From: Thermoplasmata archaeon
GTDB lineage: Archaea > Thermoplasmatota > Thermoplasmata > Lutacidiplasmatales > UBA184
Length of the DNA stretch: 64,000 nucleotides
Assembly (NCBI GenBank): GCA_035502475.1
Contig: DATJUJ010000030.1
Coordinates: forward strand, 2,343 to 66,342
Direction of reading: 5' to 3'
A program made the translations under genes and the position numbers. This document shows, in pieces, positions 17,838-27,308 of the stretch. Below the pieces are notes generated by a model. It had not been told where the DNA came from and did not search any database. It was given only the letters and a program-made list of their open reading frames with translations. The stretch's first letter is position 1, and the number at the start of each line of letters is the position of its first letter.

Positions 17838-19910
17838 ACGCCGCCGGCGTCCTCGGCCCCTGAGATCCCCGCGCTGTTTCCCTACCGCGTGCGCCCGGGC
17901 CAGGAGGCGATCCTCCGGGAGGTCGGCGCGGTCGTGGAGCGCGGAGGCCCGCTCCTCATCAACGCGCCGACGGGCAGCGGCAAGACCGTCGCGACCCTGG
18001 CCCCCCTGCTCGAGCACGCCGTCCGGGCCGACCATCGGATCCTCTACCTCGTGCGCACGCATTCCCAGGAGGTCCAGGTCCTCCACGAGGCCCGCACGAT
18101 CGCCCACCGACTCGACCGCCCGGTCCTCGCGGTCGGCCTCCAGGGCCGGGCGCGGCGCTGCTTCCTGCTCGAGAACGTGGCCGAGGTCAAGGGGGCCACC
18201 GCGGAGGAGCACGGAAAGCTGTGCGCGGACCGGAAGCGGGCGACCGAGCGGGTGATGCGGGGCGAGGCGCCCGGACCGTCCGCCCCCGAGCTCCCCGAGG
18301 GCGGGGAGATCGACCTGACCGACCTGGACGGGTGCCCCTACTACGCCCGGGTCCTCCAGACCGAGCTCGATCCGCTGGTCGCCCGGTTCGAGGAGCAGCT
18401 CCCGTCCCCGCACGAGTTCGAGCGGTTCGCGCGCGACGAGAACCTGTGCGCGTACGAGCTCTCGAAGCGGCTCGTGCCCCGGGCCCACCTCGTCACCGCG
18501 CCGTACGCCTTCTTCTTCCACCCGCACATCCGACGCTCGCTCCTCGACTGGATGGGCGTGGGCCCGGACCGGATCGACCTCGTCGTCGACGAGGCCCACA
18601 ACCTGCCCGCCCACCTCCGGGAGCTCTCGAGCGTCTCCCTGCCCCAGGAGTCCGTCCGCCGGGCCCGGACCGAGGTCGCGGAGCGGGGCGATTTCCAGCT
18701 CCCGGACGGCCCGAGCGCGACACGCTTCTTCGACATCGTCGGCGCCGCCGTGGAGGAGCTGATCCAGGCGCTCGCCCGGGACGATGACGCGGTCCTGCCC
18801 CCGAACGTCTTCGAGGACGCGTTGCTGACCGCGATCGGCGGCACGAGCCACCGCTACGATACGTGGCTCGGCGCCCTCGCCACGTGGGGCGAGAACCTCA
18901 AGGAGGAGCGCCGTCGCGAGCGGCACCTCCCGCGCTCGTGGGTCCATACCGTCGCGCTCACGCTCCTCTCGTGGCCCCAGCTCGAGGCCCCGACCTACGC
19001 GAAGGTCGCGACGCGCCTCCCCCGTCCCGCGCTCGAGGCGTTCGCGCTGGACGCGAGCGGGCCCGCGCGACCGGTCCTGGACTGTCACCTTTCCGTCCAC
19101 CTCTCCGGGACCCTGGCTCCGCTCGCCGAGTACCGCGACGCCCTCGGGCTCGGCGCGGGGGCCCGGCTCCTCGACGTCCCCTCCCACTTCCCGGCCGAGC
19201 ACCGACGCTTCCTCTACGATCCTTCCGTCACCACCCGCTTCGAGGACCTGCGGAGCGATCCCCGGGCGATCGCCCGGCTCGCGGACCGGCTCGTCGAGGT
19301 CCTCCAGACCCTCCCGGTCAAGACCGCCGTCTTCTTCCCGAGCTTCGAGCTGATGCAGAAGGTCCTCGAGGCTGGCCTCCAGTCGCAGCTCCCCGGCAAC
19401 GTCTTCATCGAGTACTCGAAGATCCCGATGGGCGACCTCTGGCGCTCGATCGAGGGCTGGAAGAAGGACCCGGAGGGGACGATCCTCCTCGGGGTCGCGG
19501 GCGGTCGGCTCTCGGAGGGGATCGACTACCCCGACGAGGAGCTCGAGGCGGTGGTGATGGTCGGCATCCCGTACCCGCGACCGACCGCGAAGCGCGAGGC
19601 GCTGCGCCGATACCTCGACGCGACGACGGGGAAGGGCTGGGAGTACACGGTGCAGGCCCCGGCGCAGCGGTCGATCCTCCAGGCGTGCGGCCGCATGATC
19701 CGTTCGGAGCACGACCGGGGGATCGCGATCGTGCTCGACCGGCGGGCCCCGGCGTTCGCGTCGGTGCTCCCCGGCCTGGAACCGATCGGCGATCTCGCGG
19801 CGACCACCCGCGCGTTCTACGGCCGGCGCGCCCGCTGGTCCCGCTCCCCCCGCCGACCCCCGGACCCCGATGCCTCCGCCGAGCCCCCCGCCGCGGGACA
19901 CAATCCATAA
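17838..19910 (+). CDS. xpd: XPD/Rad3-family Fe-S DNA helicase (first canonical start GTG 17889; probable start upstream)
   Basis: LFPY..RPGQ Q-motif, APTGSGKT, four Fe-S Cys, DEAHN, SGTL, SEGIDY, QACGRMIRS. Confidence 0.9.
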   Translation, partial: TPPASSAPEIPALFPYRVRPGQEAILREVGAVVERGGPLLINAPTGSGKTVATLAPLLEHAVRADHRILYLVRTHSQEVQVLHEARTIAHRLDRPVLAVGLQGRARRCFLLENVAEVKGATAEEHGKLCADRKRATERVMRGEAPGPSAPELPEGGEIDLTDLDGCPYYARVLQTELDPLVARFEEQLPSPHEFERFARDENLCAYELSKRLVPRAHLVTAPYAFFFHPHIRRSLLDWMGVGPDRIDLVVDEAHNLPAHLRELSSVSLPQESVRRARTEVAERGDFQLPDGPSATRFFDIVGAAVEELIQALARDDDAVLPPNVFEDALLTAIGGTSHRYDTWLGALATWGENLKEERRRERHLPRSWVHTVALTLLSWPQLEAPTYAKVATRLPRPALEAFALDASGPARPVLDCHLSVHLSGTLAPLAEYRDALGLGAGARLLDVPSHFPAEHRRFLYDPSVTTRFEDLRSDPRAIARLADRLVEVLQTLPVKTAVFFPSFELMQKVLEAGLQSQLPGNVFIEYSKIPMGDLWRSIEGWKKDPEGTILLGVAGGRLSEGIDYPDEELEAVVMVGIPYPRPTAKREALRRYLDATTGKGWEYTVQAPAQRSILQACGRMIRSEHDRGIAIVLDRRAPAFASVLPGLEPIGDLAATTRAFYGRRARWSRSPRRPPDPDASAEPPAAGHNP

Positions 19911-19936
19911 GAGGGCCCAACGGAACTCGCCGCCCC

Positions 19937-20914
19937 GTGATCATCACCCGGACGCCGCTCCGCGTGAGCTTCGCCGGCGGGGGGACCGATCTGCCGTCGT
20001 TCTACCGGGCGTTCGGCGGGGGCGCCGTCACGAGCGCGGCGATCGACAAGTACGTGCACGTGCTCGTGAACGAGAAGTTCGACCGGTCGATCCGGGTCGC
20101 GTACTCGCGGACCGAGAACGTCGAGCGGCTCGAGGACCTCCAGCACGGGCTCGTCCGCGAGGCGATGCGCGCCGCCGACGTCCGCGAGGCGCTCGAGGTC
20201 CACACGATCGCGGACATCCCGTCGGAGGGGACCGGTCTCGGCTCCTCGTCGACGCTCACCGTCGGCCTCCTGAACGCGCTCTACGCCCACCGCGGGGTCC
20301 TCAAGGATCCCGCCGAGCTCGCCCAGGAGGCGAGCCGGATCGAGATCGAGCAGCTCGGCGGCACCCTGGGCAAGCAGGACCACTACATCGCGGCGTTCGG
20401 CGGGGTCCAGTACCTGGACTTCCACGCGGACGACTCCGTCCGGGCCTCGCCGATCCCGATCTCGACCGCCGATCGCGAGGCGCTGAGCGACCACCTGTCG
20501 CTGTTCTACACGGGCGTCACGCGGCGGGCGGAGGGCATCCTGAAGGACCAGGACGCCCGGACCGCGGACAATCAGAGCGCGCTCCTCCGGATCCGGGAGC
20601 TCGCCGGGGAGGCCCGCTCCGCGATCGTGGGCCGGGACTACGAGCGCCTGGGCGCCGTCCTCGACGAAGGCTGGCGGCTGAAGCGCGGGCTCGCGCCCGC
20701 GATCTCGAACGAGGCGATCGACCGGCAGTACGCCGCCGCGCGGGCGGCCGGCGCCTTCGGGGGCAAGATCACGGGCGCCGGTGGGGGCGGGTTTCTCCTC
20801 CTCTTGCACCCGCCCGAACGGAGCCGTCAAATAGCGGCCGCCCTGTCGCCGATGCAGCGCCTCCCCGTGCGGATCACTCCGGAGGGTTCGCGGATCCTGT
20901 TCGTAGGTCGATGA
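19937..20914 (+). CDS. hddA: GHMP kinase, D-glycero-D-manno-heptose 7-phosphate kinase-like
   Basis: TRTPLRVSFAGGGTD, GTGLGSSS, GKQDHY, GGKITGAGGGGF; adjacent to gmhA. Confidence 0.8.
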   Translation: MIITRTPLRVSFAGGGTDLPSFYRAFGGGAVTSAAIDKYVHVLVNEKFDRSIRVAYSRTENVERLEDLQHGLVREAMRAADVREALEVHTIADIPSEGTGLGSSSTLTVGLLNALYAHRGVLKDPAELAQEASRIEIEQLGGTLGKQDHYIAAFGGVQYLDFHADDSVRASPIPISTADREALSDHLSLFYTGVTRRAEGILKDQDARTADNQSALLRIRELAGEARSAIVGRDYERLGAVLDEGWRLKRGLAPAISNEAIDRQYAAARAAGAFGGKITGAGGGGFLLLLHPPERSRQIAAALSPMQRLPVRITPEGSRILFVGR

Positions 20915-21513
20915 CCGACACCTCCTCGCTCGATCCGTACTTCCGGGAGTACGTCGCCGAGGCGAAGGCGACGCTGGACGCCCCGTATCTGCTGCACGCG
21001 CTCCAGCGGATCGTCCCGATCTTCCTCAAGGCCCGCGACGACGACCGGACGATCTTCTTCCTCGGCAACGGCGGCAGCGCGTCCACGGCCTCCCACTTCG
21101 TGGTCGACATCGCGAAGGGGACCCGGTCGTCCCTCGCGCCCGGGGGCGAAGGCCCGAAGCGGTTCCGCTGCCTCGCGCTCAACGACAATGTCCCGTCGGT
21201 GATGGCCTGGGCGAACGACGCGGACTACTCGCGCGTCTTCGCCGAGCAGCTCCGCAACCTCGCGGTCCGCGGCGACGTCCTCGTCGCGATCTCGGGCAGC
21301 GGCAACTCGCCGAACGTCCTCGAGGCCGTGCGCGCCGCGCAGGCGATCGGGCTCACGACGATCGGGCTCACCGGGATCGGCGGCGGGAAGCTCAAGGAGA
21401 TGGTCGACGTCCCCCTCGTGGTCCCGTCCCAGAGCATGCAGCACACCGAGGACGTGCACCTCATCGTCCTCCATCTCCTGACGGCGTACCTCCGGGACCG
21501 GCAGGCGGTGTGA
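20911..21513 (+). CDS. gmhA: Phosphoheptose isomerase (SIS domain)
   Basis: GNGGSASTASH, AWAND..Y..VF, ISGSGNSPNV, EDVH. Confidence 0.88.
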   Translation: MTDTSSLDPYFREYVAEAKATLDAPYLLHALQRIVPIFLKARDDDRTIFFLGNGGSASTASHFVVDIAKGTRSSLAPGGEGPKRFRCLALNDNVPSVMAWANDADYSRVFAEQLRNLAVRGDVLVAISGSGNSPNVLEAVRAAQAIGLTTIGLTGIGGGKLKEMVDVPLVVPSQSMQHTEDVHLIVLHLLTAYLRDRQAV

Positions 21514-22355
21514 CGATCGTCCGCGTCCGGGACTACATGGTGCTCGAGGTCGAGCACCTCCGGGAGACCGAATCGGTCGCCCAGGCGATCGCCCGGCTCC
21601 TCCAGGGGCGGCACCACGGCCTCCCGGTGACCGACCACGCGGGCCGGCTGGTCGGCTTCGTCAGCGCCAAGGAGCTCCTCCGGCACGCCGGCGAGTCCGA
21701 CACCCCGATCGCCCGCATCATCCGGCCCGGCACGTACACCGCGAGCCCCGAGACCGGGCTCGACGACGCCGCCCGGATCATGTTCCGCTTCGGGCTCCGC
21801 GACCTCCCGATCATCGACGACCGCGGGAAGTTGTGCGGGCTCCTCGCCAACCTCGACGTGGTGCGCTCGCACTTCGAGCGGGCCTCGCCGGCCAAGGCGG
21901 ACACGCTGAAGCGGCTCCTGAGCGAGCGCTACGGCCTCCCGTTCTCGTTCCACCGGGGACTCGTTCCGATCGACCGGCTCACCCCCACGCAGTGGAAGGT
22001 CTTCGAGGACGAGCTCGAGGGCCGCCGCTACGAGCTCGAGCGCGGGTTCGCGGAACCGGTCCTCGTCGTCCAGAAGGGCGACGCGTGGATCCTCGTCGAC
22101 GGGCACCACCGGGCCCTGGCGGCGCGCGAGATGGGCCTCACCCAGCTGCAGGCGTTCGTCCTCACCGCGGACCGGCCCGAGGAGTTCGCCCGGCAGGAGA
22201 CCGGCTTCGAGCGCCTCGCGGCCGAACACCACCTGCGCACCGTCGACGACATCGAGATCGACTCGTCCACTCACCACCCGCTGGTCGAGGTGACGACGCA
22301 GCTCATCCGACGCTTCGAACCGCGCGCGACCCGCGATCCCGCGCGCAGCGAGTAG
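21510..22355 (+). CDS. CBS-pair plus ParB/Srx-like domain protein
   Basis: Two CBS repeats, then PTQ...LVDGHHR. Confidence 0.85.
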   Translation: MTIVRVRDYMVLEVEHLRETESVAQAIARLLQGRHHGLPVTDHAGRLVGFVSAKELLRHAGESDTPIARIIRPGTYTASPETGLDDAARIMFRFGLRDLPIIDDRGKLCGLLANLDVVRSHFERASPAKADTLKRLLSERYGLPFSFHRGLVPIDRLTPTQWKVFEDELEGRRYELERGFAEPVLVVQKGDAWILVDGHHRALAAREMGLTQLQAFVLTADRPEEFARQETGFERLAAEHHLRTVDDIEIDSSTHHPLVEVTTQLIRRFEPRATRDPARSE

Positions 22356-22421
22356 GGGGCCCGGTCCTCCCGGTCGCAACCGGGGGAATAAGAAACCGGC
22401 CCGGCTCGCTGCCCCGAAGCG

Positions 22422-23420
22422 ATGGTCGCGTTCGGGCTCCCGCCCCTCGAGGTCAACGCCTCGCTCGCGTGGTTCGTCGTCATCGCCCTCTCGATGATCG
22501 CGATCACGGTGTTCGTGCTGGGGAAGGTCCTGCCGGTCCGGGGCCGCCCCCCGCTCGTCACCCAGGCGCTCCTCGCCCTCGTGGTCGTCTTCAGCGGCAG
22601 CACGCTGCTGCTCGCCCTCCTGTTCGTCTTCATCAACCCCAACGGGACCGCCTCGTGGACGTGGGTCCTCCTCGCGTTCAACTTCATGATGATGGGCCCG
22701 GCGGGGACCTGGTTCATCGGTCTCATTGTCTTCCGCGATCGCCGCATCGTGGCGACCGCTTGGGAGTGGCCGGTGGCGATCGCCGTCGTGACGACCGCCT
22801 CCGAGGTCACGATGGGCGTGCTGTTCGCCATCGCCGGCACCCCGAGCGCCGCGGCGCTCGACCTGTTCGCGACCGGCCTCACTTCGATCTGGTTCTTCTG
22901 GTCGATGTCGGCGATCATGCTCGCGCTCGTCCTCTGGGCCCCCCTGCGTCCGCTCGAGCGGGACGCCCTGTTCGCGCTCGCCGTCTCGGGCGTGCTCGGG
23001 CCCTGGGTGACCGCGTACCCGACGGTCGGCGGGCTCGCGATGGGCGGGCTCATGACCGCCGTCTTCCTGCTCCTCGTCCGACGCTTGGCGCGGCCCGGGG
23101 GCCTCGGTTCCGCCGCCGAGCTGAGCCTGCTCTACGGGCTCGCGGCCGCGTTCCTCGCGACCGCGCTCTCGGGCTTCTTCGTCGCCGTCGCGCAGGGGTC
23201 CGCGGTCGCGGACGTCACGTTCGGGACCGTGATGGCGGTCGTCATGTCGGTCGAGATCGCGTACCTGTTCCGGCGGTTCTACCGGGGCATCCCGGGCGCA
23301 CCGGTGCTCGCCCGGACCCCCGACGACGACGAGCTCGCGGAGGACCGGGCCGCCCCGACGATCGCGTCCGAGCCCGCCGTCGCGGCGGGCCCCCTGCCGC
23401 CTCCGGCGCTCGAGCGCTAG
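22422..23420 (+). CDS. Polytopic membrane protein at the head of the respiratory cluster
   Basis: About 9-10 hydrophobic segments, no recognisable motif. Confidence 0.7.
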   Translation: MVAFGLPPLEVNASLAWFVVIALSMIAITVFVLGKVLPVRGRPPLVTQALLALVVVFSGSTLLLALLFVFINPNGTASWTWVLLAFNFMMMGPAGTWFIGLIVFRDRRIVATAWEWPVAIAVVTTASEVTMGVLFAIAGTPSAAALDLFATGLTSIWFFWSMSAIMLALVLWAPLRPLERDALFALAVSGVLGPWVTAYPTVGGLAMGGLMTAVFLLLVRRLARPGGLGSAAELSLLYGLAAAFLATALSGFFVAVAQGSAVADVTFGTVMAVVMSVEIAYLFRRFYRGIPGAPVLARTPDDDELAEDRAAPTIASEPAVAAGPLPPPALER

Positions 23421-23489
23421 GCCCGGCGAGGGATTCGTACACAGCGCATATCAACCGAGCCCAGGTCCCGGCCGCCGTCAGGGTCGACC

Positions 23490-24527
23490 GTGACCGAATC
23501 CCTCCGTGGACGACCGTCCGGTCCGTGGCGCCGCGCCCTGCCGTGGTTCGTCGCGGCGCTCCTCCTCGCGACGGTCGGCGTGCCCTCGGCCGCCGCGACG
23601 CTCCCCTACGTCCGGTCCGGGACCACGGTCGGCTACGGGACGACCGCCTCCTCGACGCTGACGGTCACGATCAACATGACCGACGCCCCGGCCTATGCGC
23701 CCGCCTACGCGAACGTGCCGCAGGGGACCCAAGTGACGTTCGTGCTCGTGAACCAGGGCAACTACTCTCACTCGTTCACGATGACGACGCAGCCCAGCTA
23801 CCGGATCCCGTCGAACTACACGCCCGGGCAGCTCAACGCCTTCTTCGCGAAGAACGGCTCGCTCGCGAACGTGACGGTCGCCCCCGGTACGACGGGGTAT
23901 GCGAACGTGTCGTTCGACGCCGCGGACGCGCTCCGCTCCTTCGAGTTCGTCTCGATCGTCCCGTACCAGTTCCAGGCGGGGATGCTCGGGTTCGTGAACG
24001 TCACCTCGACCGGCCCGGGAGTCCTCCTGCAGGAAGGGACGATCAACGCGCCCGGATTCTCGCCGAACCAGCTCGCCGCCAACGCCTCGACGTTCCCGAT
24101 CGTGCTCGACGTCCTGGTCACCAACCTGGGGACCCTGCCGCACACGTTCACGGTCGTCCCGCAGTCCAACGTCACCATCACGCCGGCCAACTTCACGACC
24201 TACTTCCAGCAGCACGCCCCGCTCGCGAGCGCGAACGTGCCCGCCTCGACCGGAGGGACGGTCTGGGCCAACTTCACCGTCTTCGCCGCGGGCGTCTACA
24301 TGTACATCTGCGAGGTGCCGGGCCACTTCGCGGACGGCATGGAAGGCTTCCTCTACGTCGGGGTCCCGCCGCCGCCGCCCGCGCCGACCCCGTCGACCGC
24401 GATCGTGGAGGTCTGGGTCCTCGTGGGGTCGGCGGTGCTGCTCGGGATCGGGGTCGTCGTGACCGCGGTCGCCTCGTTCGCGGGTCGGTTCCCGGCCCCG
24501 CCCCGGTCCCCCGGTCACGGGCACTGA
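23490..24527 (+). CDS. Membrane-anchored two-domain cupredoxin (sulfocyanin/rusticyanin-like)
   Basis: Signal peptide; domain 2 has PHTF...CEVPGHFADGM type-1 Cu site; domain 1 degenerate; C-terminal TM. Confidence 0.85.
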   Translation: MTESLRGRPSGPWRRALPWFVAALLLATVGVPSAAATLPYVRSGTTVGYGTTASSTLTVTINMTDAPAYAPAYANVPQGTQVTFVLVNQGNYSHSFTMTTQPSYRIPSNYTPGQLNAFFAKNGSLANVTVAPGTTGYANVSFDAADALRSFEFVSIVPYQFQAGMLGFVNVTSTGPGVLLQEGTINAPGFSPNQLAANASTFPIVLDVLVTNLGTLPHTFTVVPQSNVTITPANFTTYFQQHAPLASANVPASTGGTVWANFTVFAAGVYMYICEVPGHFADGMEGFLYVGVPPPPPAPTPSTAIVEVWVLVGSAVLLGIGVVVTAVASFAGRFPAPPRSPGHGH

Positions 24528-24608
24528 GCGGGAGGGCCGGTCCCTCCGGAGGAGGGACCTCGGGGCGCACGCGCCCGTGCCCGGCACGAGCGTGGCCGAT
24601 GATCGCGT

Positions 24609-25076
24609 CTACGTGACCACGAGGAACGACCGCATCGTCCCGTGGTACTCGCCGCAGAACTCTGTGCACTGGATGAGATACTCGGTGCCCGCCGCCACGC
24701 TCGGCACGTTGAACGCGAACTGGTTGGTCCGGCCGGGGATCGCGTCGATGCGGACGCCGAGCTGGGGAATGTTGAACGAATGGATCACGTCGGCGCCGGT
24801 GACGTTGATCTGCACGACGGCTCCCGGGGGCGCCCATAACGCCCCGCCGGAGACCGTATTGTTGGTGGCGTCGTACGTCGAGTTGAAGCAGCCGACCTTG
24901 GACTCGTTCGCGTAGCAGAACTCCCAGTACCACTGATGACCGATGACCGTCACGTACTCGGTCGGGTCGCTGGGCAGCGCGTCCAACTGGTAGAGGAGGA
25001 CCGTCGAGTAGGCGGCGACCCCCGCGAGGAGGACCACGACCGCGAGCGTCCACGCCACCTCGAGCTTGTTAACCAT
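24609..25076 (-). CDS. coxB: Heme-copper oxidase subunit II, CuA part (one TM)
   Basis: LEVAWT, GHQWYW, DVIHSF, CTEFCGEYHGTM. Confidence 0.93.
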   Translation of the reverse strand: MVNKLEVAWTLAVVVLLAGVAAYSTVLLYQLDALPSDPTEYVTVIGHQWYWEFCYANESKVGCFNSTYDATNNTVSGGALWAPPGAVVQINVTGADVIHSFNIPQLGVRIDAIPGRTNQFAFNVPSVAAGTEYLIQCTEFCGEYHGTMRSFLVVT

Positions 25077-25293
25077 ACCGTCTCCGCCGGTTGTTGGGGT
25101 CGCGGAACTTGACCACCGAGTACGCGAGGAAGGCGAACGTGATGATCGCCCCGGCGACGCTGATGCCGATCAGCAGCCAGAGGAGGTCGTTCGTCTGTTG
25201 GAGGTTCGTCTCGCCCCCGGCCAGGAGCGTCGGCACGGCGGCGGGCACCGCGAGCGCGACGGCGACGCGGCGCACGGCGCCCGGGACGCTCAC
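25069..25293 (-). CDS. Subunit II N-terminal part (leader plus first TM helix) as a separate ORF
   Basis: QTNDLLWLLIGISVAGAIITFAFLAYSVVKFR resembles Cox2 helix I; overlaps coxB ATG by 8 nt; TATA-like AAAATAT ~27 nt upstream of GTG. Confidence 0.7.
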   Translation of the reverse strand: MSVPGAVRRVAVALAVPAAVPTLLAGGETNLQQTNDLLWLLIGISVAGAIITFAFLAYSVVKFRDPNNRRRRYG

Positions 25294-25428
25294 GCCCCGG
25301 AAGGGGTGGGAGCCGCTACATATTTTCGCCGTACGAACCGCACGAGGGGTCGCTCGCCGGCCCGACGAGCTCCCGCGCCGCGCGGCGACGCAGGTGTTCA
25401 TACGGAGGGGCTTTGAATCCGACCCACG

Positions 25429-26187
25429 GTGCGGCCAGCGGTCGGGATGCTGGATCGATCGGCGCGACAGCGGGTCGCGGCGCTGCTGGTGGTGTTCGCC
25501 CTCGTGCTCTCGGGGCTCGCCGTCCTCCTGGTCGTGGTGCCCGTGCGGGCGCAGACGGTCGACGCGAGCGGGGCGACCTCGTTCGCGGTCACAGCGATCT
25601 CGACGACCGGCGGCTTCAGCCCGAACACGATCCAGAACCTCGCCTCCGGGACCAACATCACCGTGATGTTCACCGATGCGGACTCCATCGCCCACACCTT
25701 CACGATCTGGGGCGTGCAGGGCACGGTCATCCCCAACCCCCAGTCGGTCGATCCCGGCACGCTCGAGAAGATGGTGTACGGGAACCCGAGCGCTCCGCTC
25801 GTGAACGTGAACTTGACGGGCAGCGACCAGCAGTCCATGGTCTTCTCCGTGAACGCGACGCCCGGATGGTACGAGTTCATGTGCATGGAGCCGGGGCACT
25901 TCCAGTCCGGGATGTACGGGTTCATCGCCTTCGGCGAACCGCTCCCGTCGAACCTCTCGGTCTCCTCGCCGAACACGGGCCCCGGGGCCGCGGTCTTCAT
26001 CATCGTCGGGACGATCGTCTCGCTGACGGTGATCGCGATCGTGCTCGGGTTCGTGGTCGGACGGCGCCGCGGCTCCGAGTTCGAGATGCCGCCCGAACGC
26101 CTCGGCTACCCCGAGCCGACGACCCCCGGCGGACCCGCGCCGACCGGCGAGGAACGCCCGCCGTCCGAGGGACCGCCGAACCCCTAA
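25429..26187 (+). CDS. Membrane-anchored cupredoxin (blue copper protein)
   Basis: Signal/TM, AHTF...CMEPGHFQSGM, C-terminal TM followed by RRR. Confidence 0.88.
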   Translation: MRPAVGMLDRSARQRVAALLVVFALVLSGLAVLLVVVPVRAQTVDASGATSFAVTAISTTGGFSPNTIQNLASGTNITVMFTDADSIAHTFTIWGVQGTVIPNPQSVDPGTLEKMVYGNPSAPLVNVNLTGSDQQSMVFSVNATPGWYEFMCMEPGHFQSGMYGFIAFGEPLPSNLSVSSPNTGPGAAVFIIVGTIVSLTVIAIVLGFVVGRRRGSEFEMPPERLGYPEPTTPGGPAPTGEERPPSEGPPNP

Positions 26188-26258
26188 AGTGCGACGCAAC
26201 GCTCAAATGCCTCGCCCCGTATCGCCTACGGACCTTGTAGTAGGTTTGGGGCAACCGA

Positions 26259-27308
26259 ATGGCGTGGGGAACACCGAGCCGCGAGCGTCGCGTGCTCAAA
26301 GCGGGGCACTCGTCGATCGCCGTCACGTTGCCGAAGCCGTGGGCGGAGGCGATGAACCTCCGCCCGGGGGACCTCATCGTCTTTGACCAGAACGACGACG
26401 GCACGCTCTACCTGAAGCCCGCCCCGCTGCCGGGCGCGGTCGCCGAGGTGGTGCCGTTCCTGGTCCAGGCCCGGTCGTTCGACACCCCGGGCGTCCTGGA
26501 GCGCCTCGTGGTCGGAGCCTACCGGGTGGGGCACGACTCGATCGAGATCCGGACGGATGTCCCGCTCGCTCCGGACCGGCTGGAGGAGCTCCAGGAGACC
26601 GCCCGCGGCCTGCTCGGCGTCTCGATCGTGGCGCAGGAGCCGACCCGCGTGGTGCTCCAGAACTTCATCGACCCGTCGAAGTACGGGCTCCCGCAGCTCG
26701 TCCAGCGCATGAAGATGATCCTGGTCGCCTTCCTCGAGGAGATGGAGGAGGTCGTCCAGCGCAAGACGCGCAGCCGCCGGATGAACGCCCTCGAGGAGGA
26801 GGCGAACAAGGTCCTGGCCCTGCTCGTCCGCCAGCTGTTCCTCGCAAGCCGCGACTGGTCGCTGGCGCGGCGCATCGGGAGCCCCGACCCCCGCCAACTG
26901 CTCGAGTGGCGCGTGGTCGTGCACGCGCTCGAGGAGCTCGCCGACCTCTACGGGGGCTCGCTCGCCTCCCTCAACGAGGAGGCCCCGACCCTCTCCGCGA
27001 CGACCGCGCGCGGCCTCCGCGCGTTCCTGCCGGAAGTGAAGGCCGAGCTGAAGACCGTCGTCGACGCCCTCATGCATCCGTCGCTCGACCGCGCCTGCGA
27101 AGCCTACAACACCAGCGCGCGACTGGCCGGGCACGTGGCGACCCCGGGCGAGCGCCGGAACGGCCACGGCCACGCGAAGCGCCCGACCGGAGGGCTCGGA
27201 ACGCACCTCCTCGAGCGCGGTGCCGGCTGCCTCTCCCTGCTCGCGGAGATCGCGATCGACCGCGCGGTCGCGTCGGGGACCGACACGATCCTCGTCGAGG
27301 CCGCCTGA
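26259..27308 (+). CDS. AbrB/MazE DNA-binding plus PhoU-like regulator
   Basis: RRVLKAGHSSIAVTLPKPWAEAMNLRPGD; YRVGHDSIEI; helical C-terminus. Confidence 0.85.
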   Translation: MAWGTPSRERRVLKAGHSSIAVTLPKPWAEAMNLRPGDLIVFDQNDDGTLYLKPAPLPGAVAEVVPFLVQARSFDTPGVLERLVVGAYRVGHDSIEIRTDVPLAPDRLEELQETARGLLGVSIVAQEPTRVVLQNFIDPSKYGLPQLVQRMKMILVAFLEEMEEVVQRKTRSRRMNALEEEANKVLALLVRQLFLASRDWSLARRIGSPDPRQLLEWRVVVHALEELADLYGGSLASLNEEAPTLSATTARGLRAFLPEVKAELKTVVDALMHPSLDRACEAYNTSARLAGHVATPGERRNGHGHAKRPTGGLGTHLLERGAGCLSLLAEIAIDRAVASGTDTILVEAA

